DNA of 64,000 bases from positions 93,178 through 157,177 of the forward strand of contig NZ_CABVMM010000009.1 of the NCBI RefSeq assembly GCF_902499555.1, written 5' to 3'. This document shows, piece by piece, positions 10,262 to 19,958 of this stretch. Both the position numbers and the translations under genes were made by a program. The notes beneath the pieces were generated by a model. That model ran no database searches. It was not told where the DNA came from and was given only the letters and a program-made list of their open reading frames with translations. The first letter of the stretch is position 1; every line of letters begins with the position of its first letter. Origin of the DNA: Mesonia oceanica (GTDB taxonomy: Bacteria; Bacteroidota; Bacteroidia; Flavobacteriales; Flavobacteriaceae).

Positions 10262-11359
10262 TTATTTTAAATGTACATCAACAAGAACATTCATACCTGA
10301 AAGTAATTTTTGGAGATCTTCTGGATTGTTGTTTTTAGTGAAATTTATTTTTACCGGTATACGTTGTACAGTTTTCACAAAATTGCCGGTCGCATTATCG
10401 GGTGGCAATAATGAAAAGCGGGCACCGGTGGCGGGAGAGAATGCAGAAATTTCCCCTTCAAGCTCCATATCAGGATAAGCATCTACTTCAATGCTAACTT
10501 TTTGTCCTACTTTCATTTTTGTAAGCTGTGTTTCTTTAAAGTTGGCTATTACCCATTTTTTAGTTATGTTAACTAAATAAAATAGCGATTGTCCCGGTTG
10601 AACAAATTGGCCTCTTTCTAGATCTACCTCAGAAAGCTGTCCATCGATTTGTGCAATAACTACGGTATATCCTAAATTTAATTGAGCAGCTTCCAAAACA
10701 GCTTTCGCACTTTCTACATTGGCCTCTGCAACTGAAACTTGTTTTTCGGTAACTTCGGTTTGCGATTGTGCAGCATTTTGCTGACTTGTGGTAGCGTTTT
10801 TTTGTTGCTGGAGAATTTTTAATTCTTCTTCTGCTTCCTTTTTAGTAGCTTCAGCTTGTTCAAATTGTTGAGCGGTGATCGAATGATTTTCATAGAGATT
10901 TTTATAACGTTCAAAATCTTGGGTAGCCCTCCATAATTTAATTTTTGCAGTTTCTATATTTCCCTTGGCAGAACTTACTTCAGCAACAGAGGTTTGTACA
11001 TTTGCACGGGAAGAACCAATACCGGCCTCTGTAACTGCTAATTGACTTTTAGCAGCAGTTAGGCTCGCCTTGGCTTGTTGTAGTTTTACTAAATAGTCGC
11101 GATTATCGATGGTGAAAAGGGTATCCCCTTTTTTAACTTTTTCATTATCGGTTACATATACTTTTTCTATATAGCCGCCTACACGTGGAATAATAGGGCT
11201 CATATTGGTAGCAATCTGAGCATCATCTGTATCTTCATGAGATAAAGAATGAATAAACTTATAGCTACCGTAGGCCAATCCAATTATTACCAATACAGAA
11301 ATTATAACAATAAATTTTTTATTGGTTTTTTTCTTTTGTTCCATTTTATTTGATTCCAT
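10262..11359 (-). CDS. HlyD/EmrA-family membrane fusion (periplasmic adaptor) protein
   Basis: 365 aa; N-terminal TM, long coiled-coil, C-terminal beta-barrel region. Confidence 0.8.
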   Translation of the reverse strand: MESNKMEQKKKTNKKFIVIISVLVIIGLAYGSYKFIHSLSHEDTDDAQIATNMSPIIPRVGGYIEKVYVTDNEKVKKGDTLFTIDNRDYLVKLQQAKASLTAAKSQLAVTEAGIGSSRANVQTSVAEVSSAKGNIETAKIKLWRATQDFERYKNLYENHSITAQQFEQAEATKKEAEEELKILQQQKNATTSQQNAAQSQTEVTEKQVSVAEANVESAKAVLEAAQLNLGYTVVIAQIDGQLSEVDLERGQFVQPGQSLFYLVNITKKWVIANFKETQLTKMKVGQKVSIEVDAYPDMELEGEISAFSPATGARFSLLPPDNATGNFVKTVQRIPVKINFTKNNNPEDLQKLLSGMNVLVDVHLK

Positions 11360-11361
11360 TT

Positions 11362-12681
11362 TTATTTGAACTGGTTTGTTAAAGTACCTTCAGCTTTATA
11401 TAATTGATATTTCATCAAGGTGATATTGGCTTTGGCATAGGCCAAATTAATTTTAGATTGTAATTTTTGTAAATCTGCTTCCAGCAAATCGTTGGTGTCT
11501 ACCAGGCCATTATCATATTTATCTTTTACTATTCGGTAATTTTCAATAGCTTGTTCTTCAGATTCTGCAAATACATCAAGCTTTCTTTGGGCGAGTTCAT
11601 ATTCTTGTCGAGCATTTTCTATTTCAACGTTTATTTGGTCATCTAAGATTTTTAAATTGTATTCTACTTCTTCAGCTTTACTTTTTGCTTTTCTAACTTC
11701 ACTTTTGTTTTTAAAAATATTGGATAGGTCGTAAGATAGTCCCATACCTATATTCATAGCATTGGTAACTGTAATGGCGTTTTTAATATCTGCAGCGATA
11801 TAACCTCCTAAAAGGGAAACCGATGGGTAATAGTTACTTTTAGCTACTTTTATTCCATTTTCAGAAGCTTGTTGACGATAGCGCAAAGCTTCTAGTTCTG
11901 GCCTGGCATCACCATCGTTAATGGCAATTTCTTTTGGGGGTAAACCGAAATTTTCTTGTATTTGAAATTGAGTGTTTCGGGGTTGTTTTAGAAAAATAGC
12001 TAATCTATAGTTTAAGATTTTTACTTGTTTTTGAGCTTCTTCCAAACTCAACCGAACATTAGCTTCTTGAAGTTTTGCCTTTAATAAATCGTTTCTGGCC
12101 AGTAACCCGTTTTCTTCCATTGCCGAAAAATCTTTTACCCGTTGCTGTGAGCTTTTCAGGTTCTCCTTAAAGAGTTCAACAGTTTGTTGTGCTTTATAGA
12201 GGTTAATGTAGTTTTGAATGGTTGTTAGTGCAATTTGCTCTTTGCTTTCTTTCGCATCAAAACTAACAGCCTTAAAATTATTTTCATTGGCTTCAATGGT
12301 ATTTTGAATCTTAAAACCAGAAAAAACGGGAACACTTAAACTGGCTTGTCCTAAAAGAAGTTGGTTGACATTTGGAGAGGCGGTAGCTTGGCCTTCAGCT
12401 GCATCGGGATTTTGATTGGAAAATAATTTTACATCTACATCCGGCTTAAATAAATGTTGATACTGGCCAGAGATACTCAAATCTGGGTATTGAAGGTTTT
12501 TAGTAGATTGAAGTTGATTTTCTGCTGTTCGAACTTTTGTGTCTGCCAGTTTTGCTTCATCACTATTGTTTAATGCTATTTCTACAGCTTTTTCTATGGA
12601 GAGTTTTTGCATTTCCTGTGCTTTAAGTGAACTCCAAGCGGTTACAAGTAGAAAAAGAATTAATAAATATTTAATTCTCAT
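11362..12681 (-). CDS. TolC-family outer membrane efflux protein
   Basis: 439 aa with signal peptide, two-repeat coiled-coil/OMP architecture. Confidence 0.75.
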   Translation of the reverse strand: MRIKYLLILFLLVTAWSSLKAQEMQKLSIEKAVEIALNNSDEAKLADTKVRTAENQLQSTKNLQYPDLSISGQYQHLFKPDVDVKLFSNQNPDAAEGQATASPNVNQLLLGQASLSVPVFSGFKIQNTIEANENNFKAVSFDAKESKEQIALTTIQNYINLYKAQQTVELFKENLKSSQQRVKDFSAMEENGLLARNDLLKAKLQEANVRLSLEEAQKQVKILNYRLAIFLKQPRNTQFQIQENFGLPPKEIAINDGDARPELEALRYRQQASENGIKVAKSNYYPSVSLLGGYIAADIKNAITVTNAMNIGMGLSYDLSNIFKNKSEVRKAKSKAEEVEYNLKILDDQINVEIENARQEYELAQRKLDVFAESEEQAIENYRIVKDKYDNGLVDTNDLLEADLQKLQSKINLAYAKANITLMKYQLYKAEGTLTNQFK

Positions 12682-13312
12682 AGGTTAAAAGGGCTTTAAT
12701 AGTAATTTGTATGTGTTGAGTAAGTTCATTTTTTACAAAATGATCTATAGAAGTATCGGGATCCCAACCGTGAATGATTTTAAAATAGTTGTGATTGTAA
12801 TAAAAGTTAAAATAGGTGCCTAAAATGGTGGAAGAAATAAGCTTAATATTTACATCTTTACTAAAAACACCTACTTTTTGTCCATCATTAATAAAGCTTT
12901 CAATAATTTTATAGGTCTCCTTCTTTCTTATTAAATGATCATTGATAATCGATCTTCTAGTATTGGTGGTGCTTTCAAAATGTAAGATTTTGTATATGCG
13001 ACGGTTTTTGTGTACACGTTCTATCATCACCGCTACCATCTCATCTATTTTTTGTAGATAAGAAATATCTTTTGCCAGTACCTCTTTTAGTTGAGCTTTA
13101 AAACCTTGTGAACGATAATATAAAAGAGATTCTAATAATTTTTCTTTAGAACCAAAGTAATAAGAGATCATCGCAATATTTACTTGCGCTTGTTTTGCAA
13201 TTGTCCTAACAGAAGTGCCATCAAAGCCATGTTCTGAAAAAAGGCGTTCAGTAACCTGTAGAATTTTTAATTGCTTTTCGTTTATTCCCATATGAGATGC
13301 GAAATTAAACAT
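12671..13312 (-). CDS. TetR/AcrR family transcriptional regulator
   Basis: 213 aa; N-terminal HTH LKILQVTERLFSEHGFDGTSVRTIAKQAQVNIAMISYYFGSKEKL; overlaps start of TolC gene by 11 nt. Confidence 0.8.
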   Translation of the reverse strand: MFNFASHMGINEKQLKILQVTERLFSEHGFDGTSVRTIAKQAQVNIAMISYYFGSKEKLLESLLYYRSQGFKAQLKEVLAKDISYLQKIDEMVAVMIERVHKNRRIYKILHFESTTNTRRSIINDHLIRKKETYKIIESFINDGQKVGVFSKDVNIKLISSTILGTYFNFYYNHNYFKIIHGWDPDTSIDHFVKNELTQHIQITIKALLTYEN

Positions 13313-13571
13313 TTGTTTAAATTAAACGTTTGTTTAATTTGTTTTTATTGAATTTTTTTAAATTTCAGTAAAATCCTACCGTAGTAGTTTTGTAGGAATT
13401 GATTTGTCTTTTGCGCAATTAATAGTATAGCTAGACCAACCGTAGATTAATGTATGTGGAACAGCTAGTGAGTTGTATAGGGAAGGAAGTTGAAAATTAA
13501 TTTTTTGGAGAGATTCATGATCCACTACACCTGACTTATTTTTAAGTCATTTTACGTAGTTTTGAGGCTTT

Positions 13572-13925
13572 TTATTTCTTTGTCGAATTTACCCAATTTA
13601 CAGCTTCATGGAGACTGTCAAAATGAAGTATTTTATCTTTAAAGAACATTTTCTCAAACTTGATATTGAACATGGAAGATTTGCTACGGTGAACAATGAG
13701 GTATGAACTTATACGATGCTCAGATTTATAAAATTTAATCCAATCTGCTGGATTTACGAAGTAACTGTTTTTTCTATTGGAAATATAATGAGGTTTCTTG
13801 CCACTACCATAAAAATTGAGGGCTAACTTTATTAATCTATTAGCTTTTTTCCAGTCATAGAAAACACCCTCCTTAATTTCACCAATAATATAATTTTTAT
13901 AAAAATAAAAGCTACCAAAATACAA
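13572..13925 (-). CDS. Hypothetical protein (117 aa)
   Basis: ORF only; aromatic-rich, no recognisable motif. Confidence 0.3.
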   Translation of the reverse strand: MYFGSFYFYKNYIIGEIKEGVFYDWKKANRLIKLALNFYGSGKKPHYISNRKNSYFVNPADWIKFYKSEHRISSYLIVHRSKSSMFNIKFEKMFFKDKILHFDSLHEAVNWVNSTKK

Positions 13926-14105
13926 TTGGTGTTTTTCTAATGCTAGCTTATATATTTCTTGATCTTTGATATTTACATTTTTAACCCATGTAAATTATTG
14001 ATTTTTTTAATAGAAATATAAGTTTTAAGTAAAATTTAATGCTTTCTGGAGGTATAAAAATAAAGCCCTGTCTTTAACAAGGCTTTACTTTTTTGCTGTT
14101 TTGCA

Positions 14106-15938
14106 TTAAATAGAAGAATTAACAAGCCGAACAAATTCTGCCCGATAACCTTCTTTGTCTTTTCCTTTTCCGGCTTCTGCCAATTGAACGATTTTTTCTT
14201 TGGAAATATTCTTAGCGTATTCAGATGCTCTTAAATGCATCCCGAACATCGCAAGTGCCGCACTAAATTTAAAATCTGCTGAAGCTTTTTCAAGTGGAGT
14301 GTTTTCATCTTTCACAACTTTAGTGATGAGTTTACTTTTATCGCCATCTGGTTTTTTGTATCTAAATTTTACCGTTAATAATTCATCAGCATTCCCTTTT
14401 ATTTTTTTATCAGAATACTTTAAATCATCCACATCTTTTAACCATTCACTTTTTACACCAACAGGAATAATTTCATAAAGTGCCGTTACCGTATGGCCGC
14501 TTCCTAATTCACCGGCATCTTTTTTATCATCATTAAAATCTTCTGCGTTAAGTAAGCGATTTTCATAACCAATCAAGCGGTAAGCCTGTACTTTAGCCGG
14601 GTTAAATTCTACCTGAATTTTTACATCTTTAGCAATCGTATATAAAGTGCCGCCAAACTCGGTACCTAGAACGCGTTGGGCTTCTTGCATGGTGTCGATG
14701 TACGCGTGATTTCCATTACCTTTATCAGCTAGCGTTTCCATTTTGGAATCTTGGTAATTTCCGGTACCAAAACCTAAGCAAGTAAGGAAAACGCCACTTT
14801 TTCTTTTTTCAAGAATTAAATCTTCCATGGCTTGATCACTGCTGGCACCAACATTAAAATCGCCATCAGTGGCTAGAATCACTCGGTTATTTCCGTTTTT
14901 AATGAAGTTTTCTTCTGCAATTTTATAAGCCAATTGTATTCCTTGACCGCCCGCCGTTGAACCTCCTGCATTAAGTTTGTCAAGAGCTTCTATGATTTTA
15001 TTTTTATCTGAAGTAGGTTCTAGCGCCAGTCCTGCAGCTCCGGCATAGGTAACGATGCTAATTTTATCTTCGTCACGTAATTGATTGACCAATACTTTGA
15101 AAGCCGATTTTAAAAGCGGAAGTTTGTTAGGAGAATTCATCGAACCGGAAACATCAATTAGAAATACTAAGTTAGATGGAGGAATGTCACCTAATGGAAC
15201 TTCTTTTCCTTGCAAGCCAATCTTTACCAGTTGGGTATCTTTATTCCACGGAGATTTCGCGACTTCGGTGTTAATTGAAAACGGATCTTTACCGGTAGGT
15301 TGCGGATAATCATAATCGAAATAATTAATAAACTCTTCGATTTTCACGGCATCCTTTGGAATTTCTTGTCCGTTGTTAATCATTCTACGCACATTGCTAT
15401 AACTCGCTTTATCCACATCTATCGAAAAGGTAGAAAGCGGTGAAGCATTCACCATTTTAAAGGTGTTTTCTTCAATTTCTTTATAAGATTCTCGGTTTTG
15501 GACTGGTTGCGGATTTGCTGGAATAGTTGAATTAGCTCCACGGAATAATAACTGAGAATTAGAACTGGGCATTGAATTTTCTACTTTTATTCCTTGCGTT
15601 CTACCAGAAAGTATTTTCTTGTCGAAACCAGTAATAACAACTTCATCTAATTGAGATTTATTAACGATTAAAGTAATGTTGATTACCGCTTTGTTTTTAA
15701 TCTTTTTTTCTAATTTTTCAAAACCTATAGCAGTATATACAAGTATATCTCCTTTTTCGGCTTCAATCTCGTAATTTCCGTCAAAATCTGTATAGGTACT
15801 TACCGTTGAGTTTTTTAAATGAACATTTGCACTTGGTATTGGCATACCTTGTTCATCGGTTACTGTTCCAGTAATTTTTTTTGCAAAACAGAGTATTGTA
15901 AAGAAAAATGATAAAGTGAAGAGTAATGCGTTTTTCAT
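14106..15938 (-). CDS. von Willebrand factor A domain protein (YfbK-like) with N-terminal carboxypeptidase-regulatory-like domain
   Basis: 610 aa; signal peptide; MIDAS-type motif LIDVSGSM; N-terminal CarbopepD_reg-like beta domain. Confidence 0.7.
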   Translation of the reverse strand: MKNALLFTLSFFFTILCFAKKITGTVTDEQGMPIPSANVHLKNSTVSTYTDFDGNYEIEAEKGDILVYTAIGFEKLEKKIKNKAVINITLIVNKSQLDEVVITGFDKKILSGRTQGIKVENSMPSSNSQLLFRGANSTIPANPQPVQNRESYKEIEENTFKMVNASPLSTFSIDVDKASYSNVRRMINNGQEIPKDAVKIEEFINYFDYDYPQPTGKDPFSINTEVAKSPWNKDTQLVKIGLQGKEVPLGDIPPSNLVFLIDVSGSMNSPNKLPLLKSAFKVLVNQLRDEDKISIVTYAGAAGLALEPTSDKNKIIEALDKLNAGGSTAGGQGIQLAYKIAEENFIKNGNNRVILATDGDFNVGASSDQAMEDLILEKRKSGVFLTCLGFGTGNYQDSKMETLADKGNGNHAYIDTMQEAQRVLGTEFGGTLYTIAKDVKIQVEFNPAKVQAYRLIGYENRLLNAEDFNDDKKDAGELGSGHTVTALYEIIPVGVKSEWLKDVDDLKYSDKKIKGNADELLTVKFRYKKPDGDKSKLITKVVKDENTPLEKASADFKFSAALAMFGMHLRASEYAKNISKEKIVQLAEAGKGKDKEGYRAEFVRLVNSSI

Positions 15939-16045
15939 AATGATAAGTTTTAAGTTATAAATTCAATAACAAACAACTTGCCAAAAAAAACAATAATTTT
16001 ACGTACTTATTAGATTTACATAAATTTTTTAATCTAAATTCAAAA

Positions 16046-16585
16046 ATGAGTCAGCAATATGTAGCCTTATTACGAGGGATAAATGTAGGTGGAAAGCGAA
16101 AATTAAAAATGGCAGATTTACGTGAATCGGTCTTGAAAATAGGTTTCAAAGAGGTTGCTACTTACATACAAAGCGGAAATTTATTTTTTACTGCGGAAGA
16201 GAAAAATAGTGCGGTTCTTGAAGAGAAACTGGCACAACATTTACTAGAAGAATATAGTTACGAAATTCCGGTAATTGTTAGAACTTCGAAAGAAATTGAA
16301 GCAGCGATCACTCAAAATCCGTTTCCTGATGTAGAAGATTTTAAGCAATTGCATCTAATTTTCTTAAAAGAAAAGCCGGAAGAAGATTTAGTGAAAGACT
16401 TTAAAGAATTAGAATTTGCATCGGAAGAATTTAAAATACAAGGGAAGCATCTTTTTGTAAATTATATCGAGGGTGTTCGTAATTCAAAACTCTCTACCAC
16501 GCTTATCGAAAAAAAACTAAGCACCAAAGCCACCGCTCGAAATTGGAAAACGCTTTTAAAAATTTCTAGTTTATTAAAAGATTGA
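16046..16585 (+). CDS. DUF1697 domain protein
   Basis: 179 aa; N-terminal YVALLRGINVGGKRKL motif characteristic of DUF1697. Confidence 0.65.
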   Translation: MSQQYVALLRGINVGGKRKLKMADLRESVLKIGFKEVATYIQSGNLFFTAEEKNSAVLEEKLAQHLLEEYSYEIPVIVRTSKEIEAAITQNPFPDVEDFKQLHLIFLKEKPEEDLVKDFKELEFASEEFKIQGKHLFVNYIEGVRNSKLSTTLIEKKLSTKATARNWKTLLKISSLLKD

Positions 16586-16612
16586 TTGAATACCCGTAGA
16601 ATCATAATAAGA

Positions 16613-16700
16613 AACCGTTACCCTGAACCTGCCCGTCCGGTAGGCGGGCTTGATTCAGGGTCTCATCCTTACTATTTTTGTTTTTCAATGTAGAATGACG
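16613..16700. repeat. REP/MITE-like palindromic element (ccctgaacctgcccgtccggtaggcgggcttgattcagggtctcatcc ... agaatgacg)
   Basis: Same family as 371-480, 19219-19449, 19797-19955, 21849-21910, 22551-22628, 33185-33286. Confidence 0.6.
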
Positions 16701-16745
16701 AAAACACCCATTATTATAAATCACAGATAATCAAAAAGATTAATT

Positions 16746-17510
16746 TTACATTCTAATCTGCTTGATAAAACCATCAATATGCTGGGTTCCGTTTTCAGTT
16801 AAGTGTTTGATAAATGCTGAACCAATGATCGCTCCTTTGGCAAATTTTGTTGCTTTCTGAAAAGTTTCAGCATTGCTGATTCCAAAACCAACAATTTGTG
16901 GATGTTGAAGTTGCATTTGGTCGATTCTTTCAAAATAAGCTTGTTGTGCTTCACCAAAACTATTTGTACTTCCCGTAATACTTGCTGAACTTACCATATA
17001 GATAAAGCCTTCGGAAACTTGATCAATTTGTTGAATTCGCTCTTCAGTGGTTTGTGGCGTAATTAAAAATATATTTTGTAAACCATATTGCTGAAAAATT
17101 TCTTGATATTCTTCGGTATAAACTTCTAAGGGAAGATCAGGAATGATGAGTCCGTCAATGCCTATTTCCTCACATTTTTGGCAGAACTTCTCAATTCCAT
17201 ATTGAAGCATCGGATTAAAATATCCCATGATAATCAAGGGAATGGAAACCGATTTTCGAATGTCTTTCAATTGCTCAAAAAGTTTTTCGCTAGTCATTCC
17301 ATTTTTTAAAGCTTGGGTAGAACTTGCTTGTATGGTTGGGCCATCGGCAAGCGGATCGCTAAAGGGTAAACCAATTTCTACTACATCTACCCCCGATTTT
17401 TCTAATTGCTCAAGAATGGTTTTGGTATCGTCGATTTGAGGGTAGCCAGCGGTGAAATAGATAGAAAGTAACTTTTTGTTTTCTCGTAATTTATGGGTGA
17501 TGCGATTCAT
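16746..17510 (-). CDS. trpA: Tryptophan synthase alpha chain
   Basis: 254 aa, last gene of trpEGDCFBA cluster; TrpA-like fold motifs. Confidence 0.85.
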   Translation of the reverse strand: MNRITHKLRENKKLLSIYFTAGYPQIDDTKTILEQLEKSGVDVVEIGLPFSDPLADGPTIQASSTQALKNGMTSEKLFEQLKDIRKSVSIPLIIMGYFNPMLQYGIEKFCQKCEEIGIDGLIIPDLPLEVYTEEYQEIFQQYGLQNIFLITPQTTEERIQQIDQVSEGFIYMVSSASITGSTNSFGEAQQAYFERIDQMQLQHPQIVGFGISNAETFQKATKFAKGAIIGSAFIKHLTENGTQHIDGFIKQIRM

Positions 17511-17524
17511 TATTTTTAGTTTTG

Positions 17525-17580
17525 TTTACAGTTTACAGTTTACAGTTTACAGTTTACAGTTTACAGTTTACAGTTTACAG
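17525..17580. repeat. Perfect heptanucleotide microsatellite (TTTACAG)x8 (on minus strand CTGTAAA), flanked by degenerate units tttgttt / tttgtga
   Basis: Direct reading of sequence between trpB stop (17693) and trpA start (17510). Confidence 0.9.
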
Positions 17581-17692
17581 TTTGTGATTTTTTTGCGCTA
17601 GGGATAGTAGCGGCATCCTTTTTTGTTGTACTTCGACAAGCTCATTATGACAACAAAAAAGATATAGCGAATAGCCCGCTCAGGCGCCCAAT

Positions 17693-18880
17693 TTATAAAT
17701 CAAAATAATTTATATAAGTTTCTAGGTCTTTATCACCACGTCCGGATAAGTTAATGACAACTACCTCATCGGGTTGAAATTTTTTCTGTCCTAATGCCGC
17801 TAAAGCGTGAGCACTTTCAATTGCTGGGATAATCCCTTCTAATTTAGTAAGCTCAGCTCCGGCTTGCATGGCTTGATCATCGGTAACCGATAAAAATTCT
17901 GCTCGTTTACTGCTAAATAAATGGGCGTGCATTGGGCCAACACCAGGATAATCCAGTCCCGCAGAAATAGAATAAGGTTCGGTAATCTGACCGTCTTTGC
18001 TTTGCATTAATAGCGTTTTACTTCCGTGGATAATTCCGTTATTCCCTAATTGAGAAGTTGCGGCACTTTCTCCACTGTTAATTCCTTTTCCGGCAGCTTC
18101 TACGGCGATGAGGTTGACCTCTTTTTCATCTAAATAATGATAAAAAGCCCCGGCAGCATTGCTACCACCACCTACACAAGCAATAATGTGATCGGGTTGG
18201 GTTCGATTCTCTTTTTCTTGTAGTTGCAATTTAATTTCTTGTGAAATAATGCTTTGCAAACGTGCCACCATATCCGGATAAGGGTGCGGTCCAACCACCG
18301 AACCAATAATATAATGGGTTTCTTCAGGATGATTAATCCAATCTCGAATCGCGTCGTTGGTAGCATCTTTTAAGGTTTTACTCCCTGAGGTTGATGGGAT
18401 CACTTCTGCGCCTAGCATTTTCATACGAGCTACATTGGGCGCTTGGCGTTTCATATCTATTTCACCCATATACACAAAACACGGCATTCCCATGAGTGCG
18501 CAAACCGTAGCGGTGGCTACTCCGTGTTGTCCGGCCCCAGTTTCAGCAATAATTCTTTTTTTACCTAAGCGTTTAGCTAACAGAATTTGACCAACTGTAT
18601 TGTTCACTTTGTGAGCACCGGTATGGCAAAGGTCTTCGCGTTTTAAATAGATGTTGGTGTTGTATTTTTCACTTAACCGTTTGGCAAAGTAGAGTGGAGT
18701 AGGGCGACCTACATAATCTCGTAACAATTGCTGATATTCTTCTTGAAATGATTGCTCGCTAAGAATAGCTAAGTAGTTTTCTTTTAACTGTGCAATATTT
18801 GGGTAGAGCATTTCAGGAATAAAAGCACCGCCGTATTCACCGTAATAGCCTTGTTCATTTATATGATTTGTTGTACTCAT
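17693..18880 (-). CDS. trpB: Tryptophan synthase beta chain (PLP-dependent)
   Basis: 395 aa; conserved TrpB motifs (HTGAHK, GGGSNA). Confidence 0.9.
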   Translation of the reverse strand: MSTTNHINEQGYYGEYGGAFIPEMLYPNIAQLKENYLAILSEQSFQEEYQQLLRDYVGRPTPLYFAKRLSEKYNTNIYLKREDLCHTGAHKVNNTVGQILLAKRLGKKRIIAETGAGQHGVATATVCALMGMPCFVYMGEIDMKRQAPNVARMKMLGAEVIPSTSGSKTLKDATNDAIRDWINHPEETHYIIGSVVGPHPYPDMVARLQSIISQEIKLQLQEKENRTQPDHIIACVGGGSNAAGAFYHYLDEKEVNLIAVEAAGKGINSGESAATSQLGNNGIIHGSKTLLMQSKDGQITEPYSISAGLDYPGVGPMHAHLFSSKRAEFLSVTDDQAMQAGAELTKLEGIIPAIESAHALAALGQKKFQPDEVVVINLSGRGDKDLETYINYFDL

Positions 18881-19785
18881 AGCAATTGAGTTTTAAAATT
18901 TTTTAAATCGTCTATATTTTTTTTGCCGGGTTGGGTTTCAAACTTACTGTTTACATCTAGGGCATAAAGCGGTAAATTAAATTCTTGAAACGCCTTAATT
19001 TTTTCGACTTCTTCTAAACCAATACCTCCACTTAAGAAAAATGGTTTTTGAAAAGGGTAATTTTTTAAGACTTGCCAATCGAAAGTGAAACCATTTCCTC
19101 CAGGATTTTTTCCTTTGGTGTCAAATAAAAAGTAATCTACCACCGGAAGATATGTTTCCAATTCCTGAAAATTGAATTGATCTTGAATAGAAAATGCTTT
19201 GATGATTTCAATGGAATTTGATTTGGTTTGATGTGATGCTGTCCCTCGACTCCGCTCGGGATAATTTTCAATAAGTTGATTTTGTTTTTTTAGAGCATCA
19301 CCCTGAATATGTTTCAGGGGCTCATTCTTATTCTCATTTTTGATGTGATGCTGAATCGAGTTCAGCATGACGTCGGGAAATTCGTCATCCCGGACCTGCC
19401 CGTCCGGCAGGCGGGCTTGATCCGGGATCTCATCTCGCTTTTTATTACTGAATAAATTTCTTAATTGTTGGCAATACTCCACATTTTCGTTCCCGTGAAG
19501 TTGAATGGCCTGTAAATTGTAATCTTCAACTTTTTGTTGAATAAAACTTGGTTCTGCGTTCACAAAAACACCTGTTTTTTTTATGGATGAATGAATATCA
19601 GGAATATTTTCATTCATAAACCGAGGTGATTTTTCATAGAAAATAAAACCCATATAGTCGGGTTGGAGTTGGGTTAACTCCAAAATATTTTCTTCATATT
19701 TCATTCCGCAGACTTTAAGCCCCAACCTAGCCTTCCCCCAAGGGGAAGGAAATGGAACATTTGTATTTGGCTTATTATTTTTCAT
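18877..19785 (-). CDS. trpF: Phosphoribosylanthranilate isomerase carrying an in-frame ~85-codon insertion derived from REP/MITE elements
   Basis: 302 aa vs ~210 typical; N-half (LKVCGM...IQLHGNE) and C-half (VDYFLFDTKG...GGNGFTFDW...LSGGI) match TrpF; central segment aa ~112-196 is encoded by palindromic repeat copies (19219-19449). Confidence 0.7.
   Translation of the reverse strand: MKNNKPNTNVPFPSPWGKARLGLKVCGMKYEENILELTQLQPDYMGFIFYEKSPRFMNENIPDIHSSIKKTGVFVNAEPSFIQQKVEDYNLQAIQLHGNENVEYCQQLRNLFSNKKRDEIPDQARLPDGQVRDDEFPDVMLNSIQHHIKNENKNEPLKHIQGDALKKQNQLIENYPERSRGTASHQTKSNSIEIIKAFSIQDQFNFQELETYLPVVDYFLFDTKGKNPGGNGFTFDWQVLKNYPFQKPFFLSGGIGLEEVEKIKAFQEFNLPLYALDVNSKFETQPGKKNIDDLKNFKTQLL
19219..19449. 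repeat. Cluster of REP/MITE-like elements lying inside the trpF reading frame
   Basis: Contains tgatgtgatgctgtccctcgactccgctcgg, tgatgtgatgctgaatcgagttcagcatgacg and cgtcatcccggacctgcccgtccggcaggcgggcttgatccgggatctcatc, all matching intergenic copies elsewhere. Confidence 0.65.
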
Positions 19786-19796
19786 ATTTGGTTCTT

Positions 19797-19955
19797 TTCG
19801 TCATCCCAGACCTGCCTGTCCGTCAGGCGAACTTGATCTGGGGTCTCATCTTGATTTGCTCTTTTGATGTGATGCTGTCCCTCGACTCCGCTCGGGGTGA
19901 CTAAGATCTTCAATTAGACGCTTTATCTCGTCTTCCGTATCTGACACGGAATCTC
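19797..19955. repeat. REP/MITE-like elements in trpC-trpF intergenic region (3 units)
   Basis: tcgtcatcccagacctgcctgtccgtcaggcgaacttgatctggggtctcatc; gatgtgatgctgtccctcgactccgctcggggtgac; cgtcttccgtatctgacacggaatctcatc. Confidence 0.65.
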
Positions 19956-19958
19956 ATC

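Noticed and set aside
13314-13400. Palindromes gtttaaattaaacgtttgtttaa upstream of the TetR gene as a TetR operator
   Set aside because: Plausible but region is generally AT-rich and low-complexity; too weak to call a defined operator.
18877-19785. Possibility that trpF is split into two genes or is a pseudogene because of the repeat cluster
   Set aside because: Single uninterrupted frame with both TrpF halves intact, so I report it as an in-frame insertion. Loss of function cannot be excluded from sequence alone.
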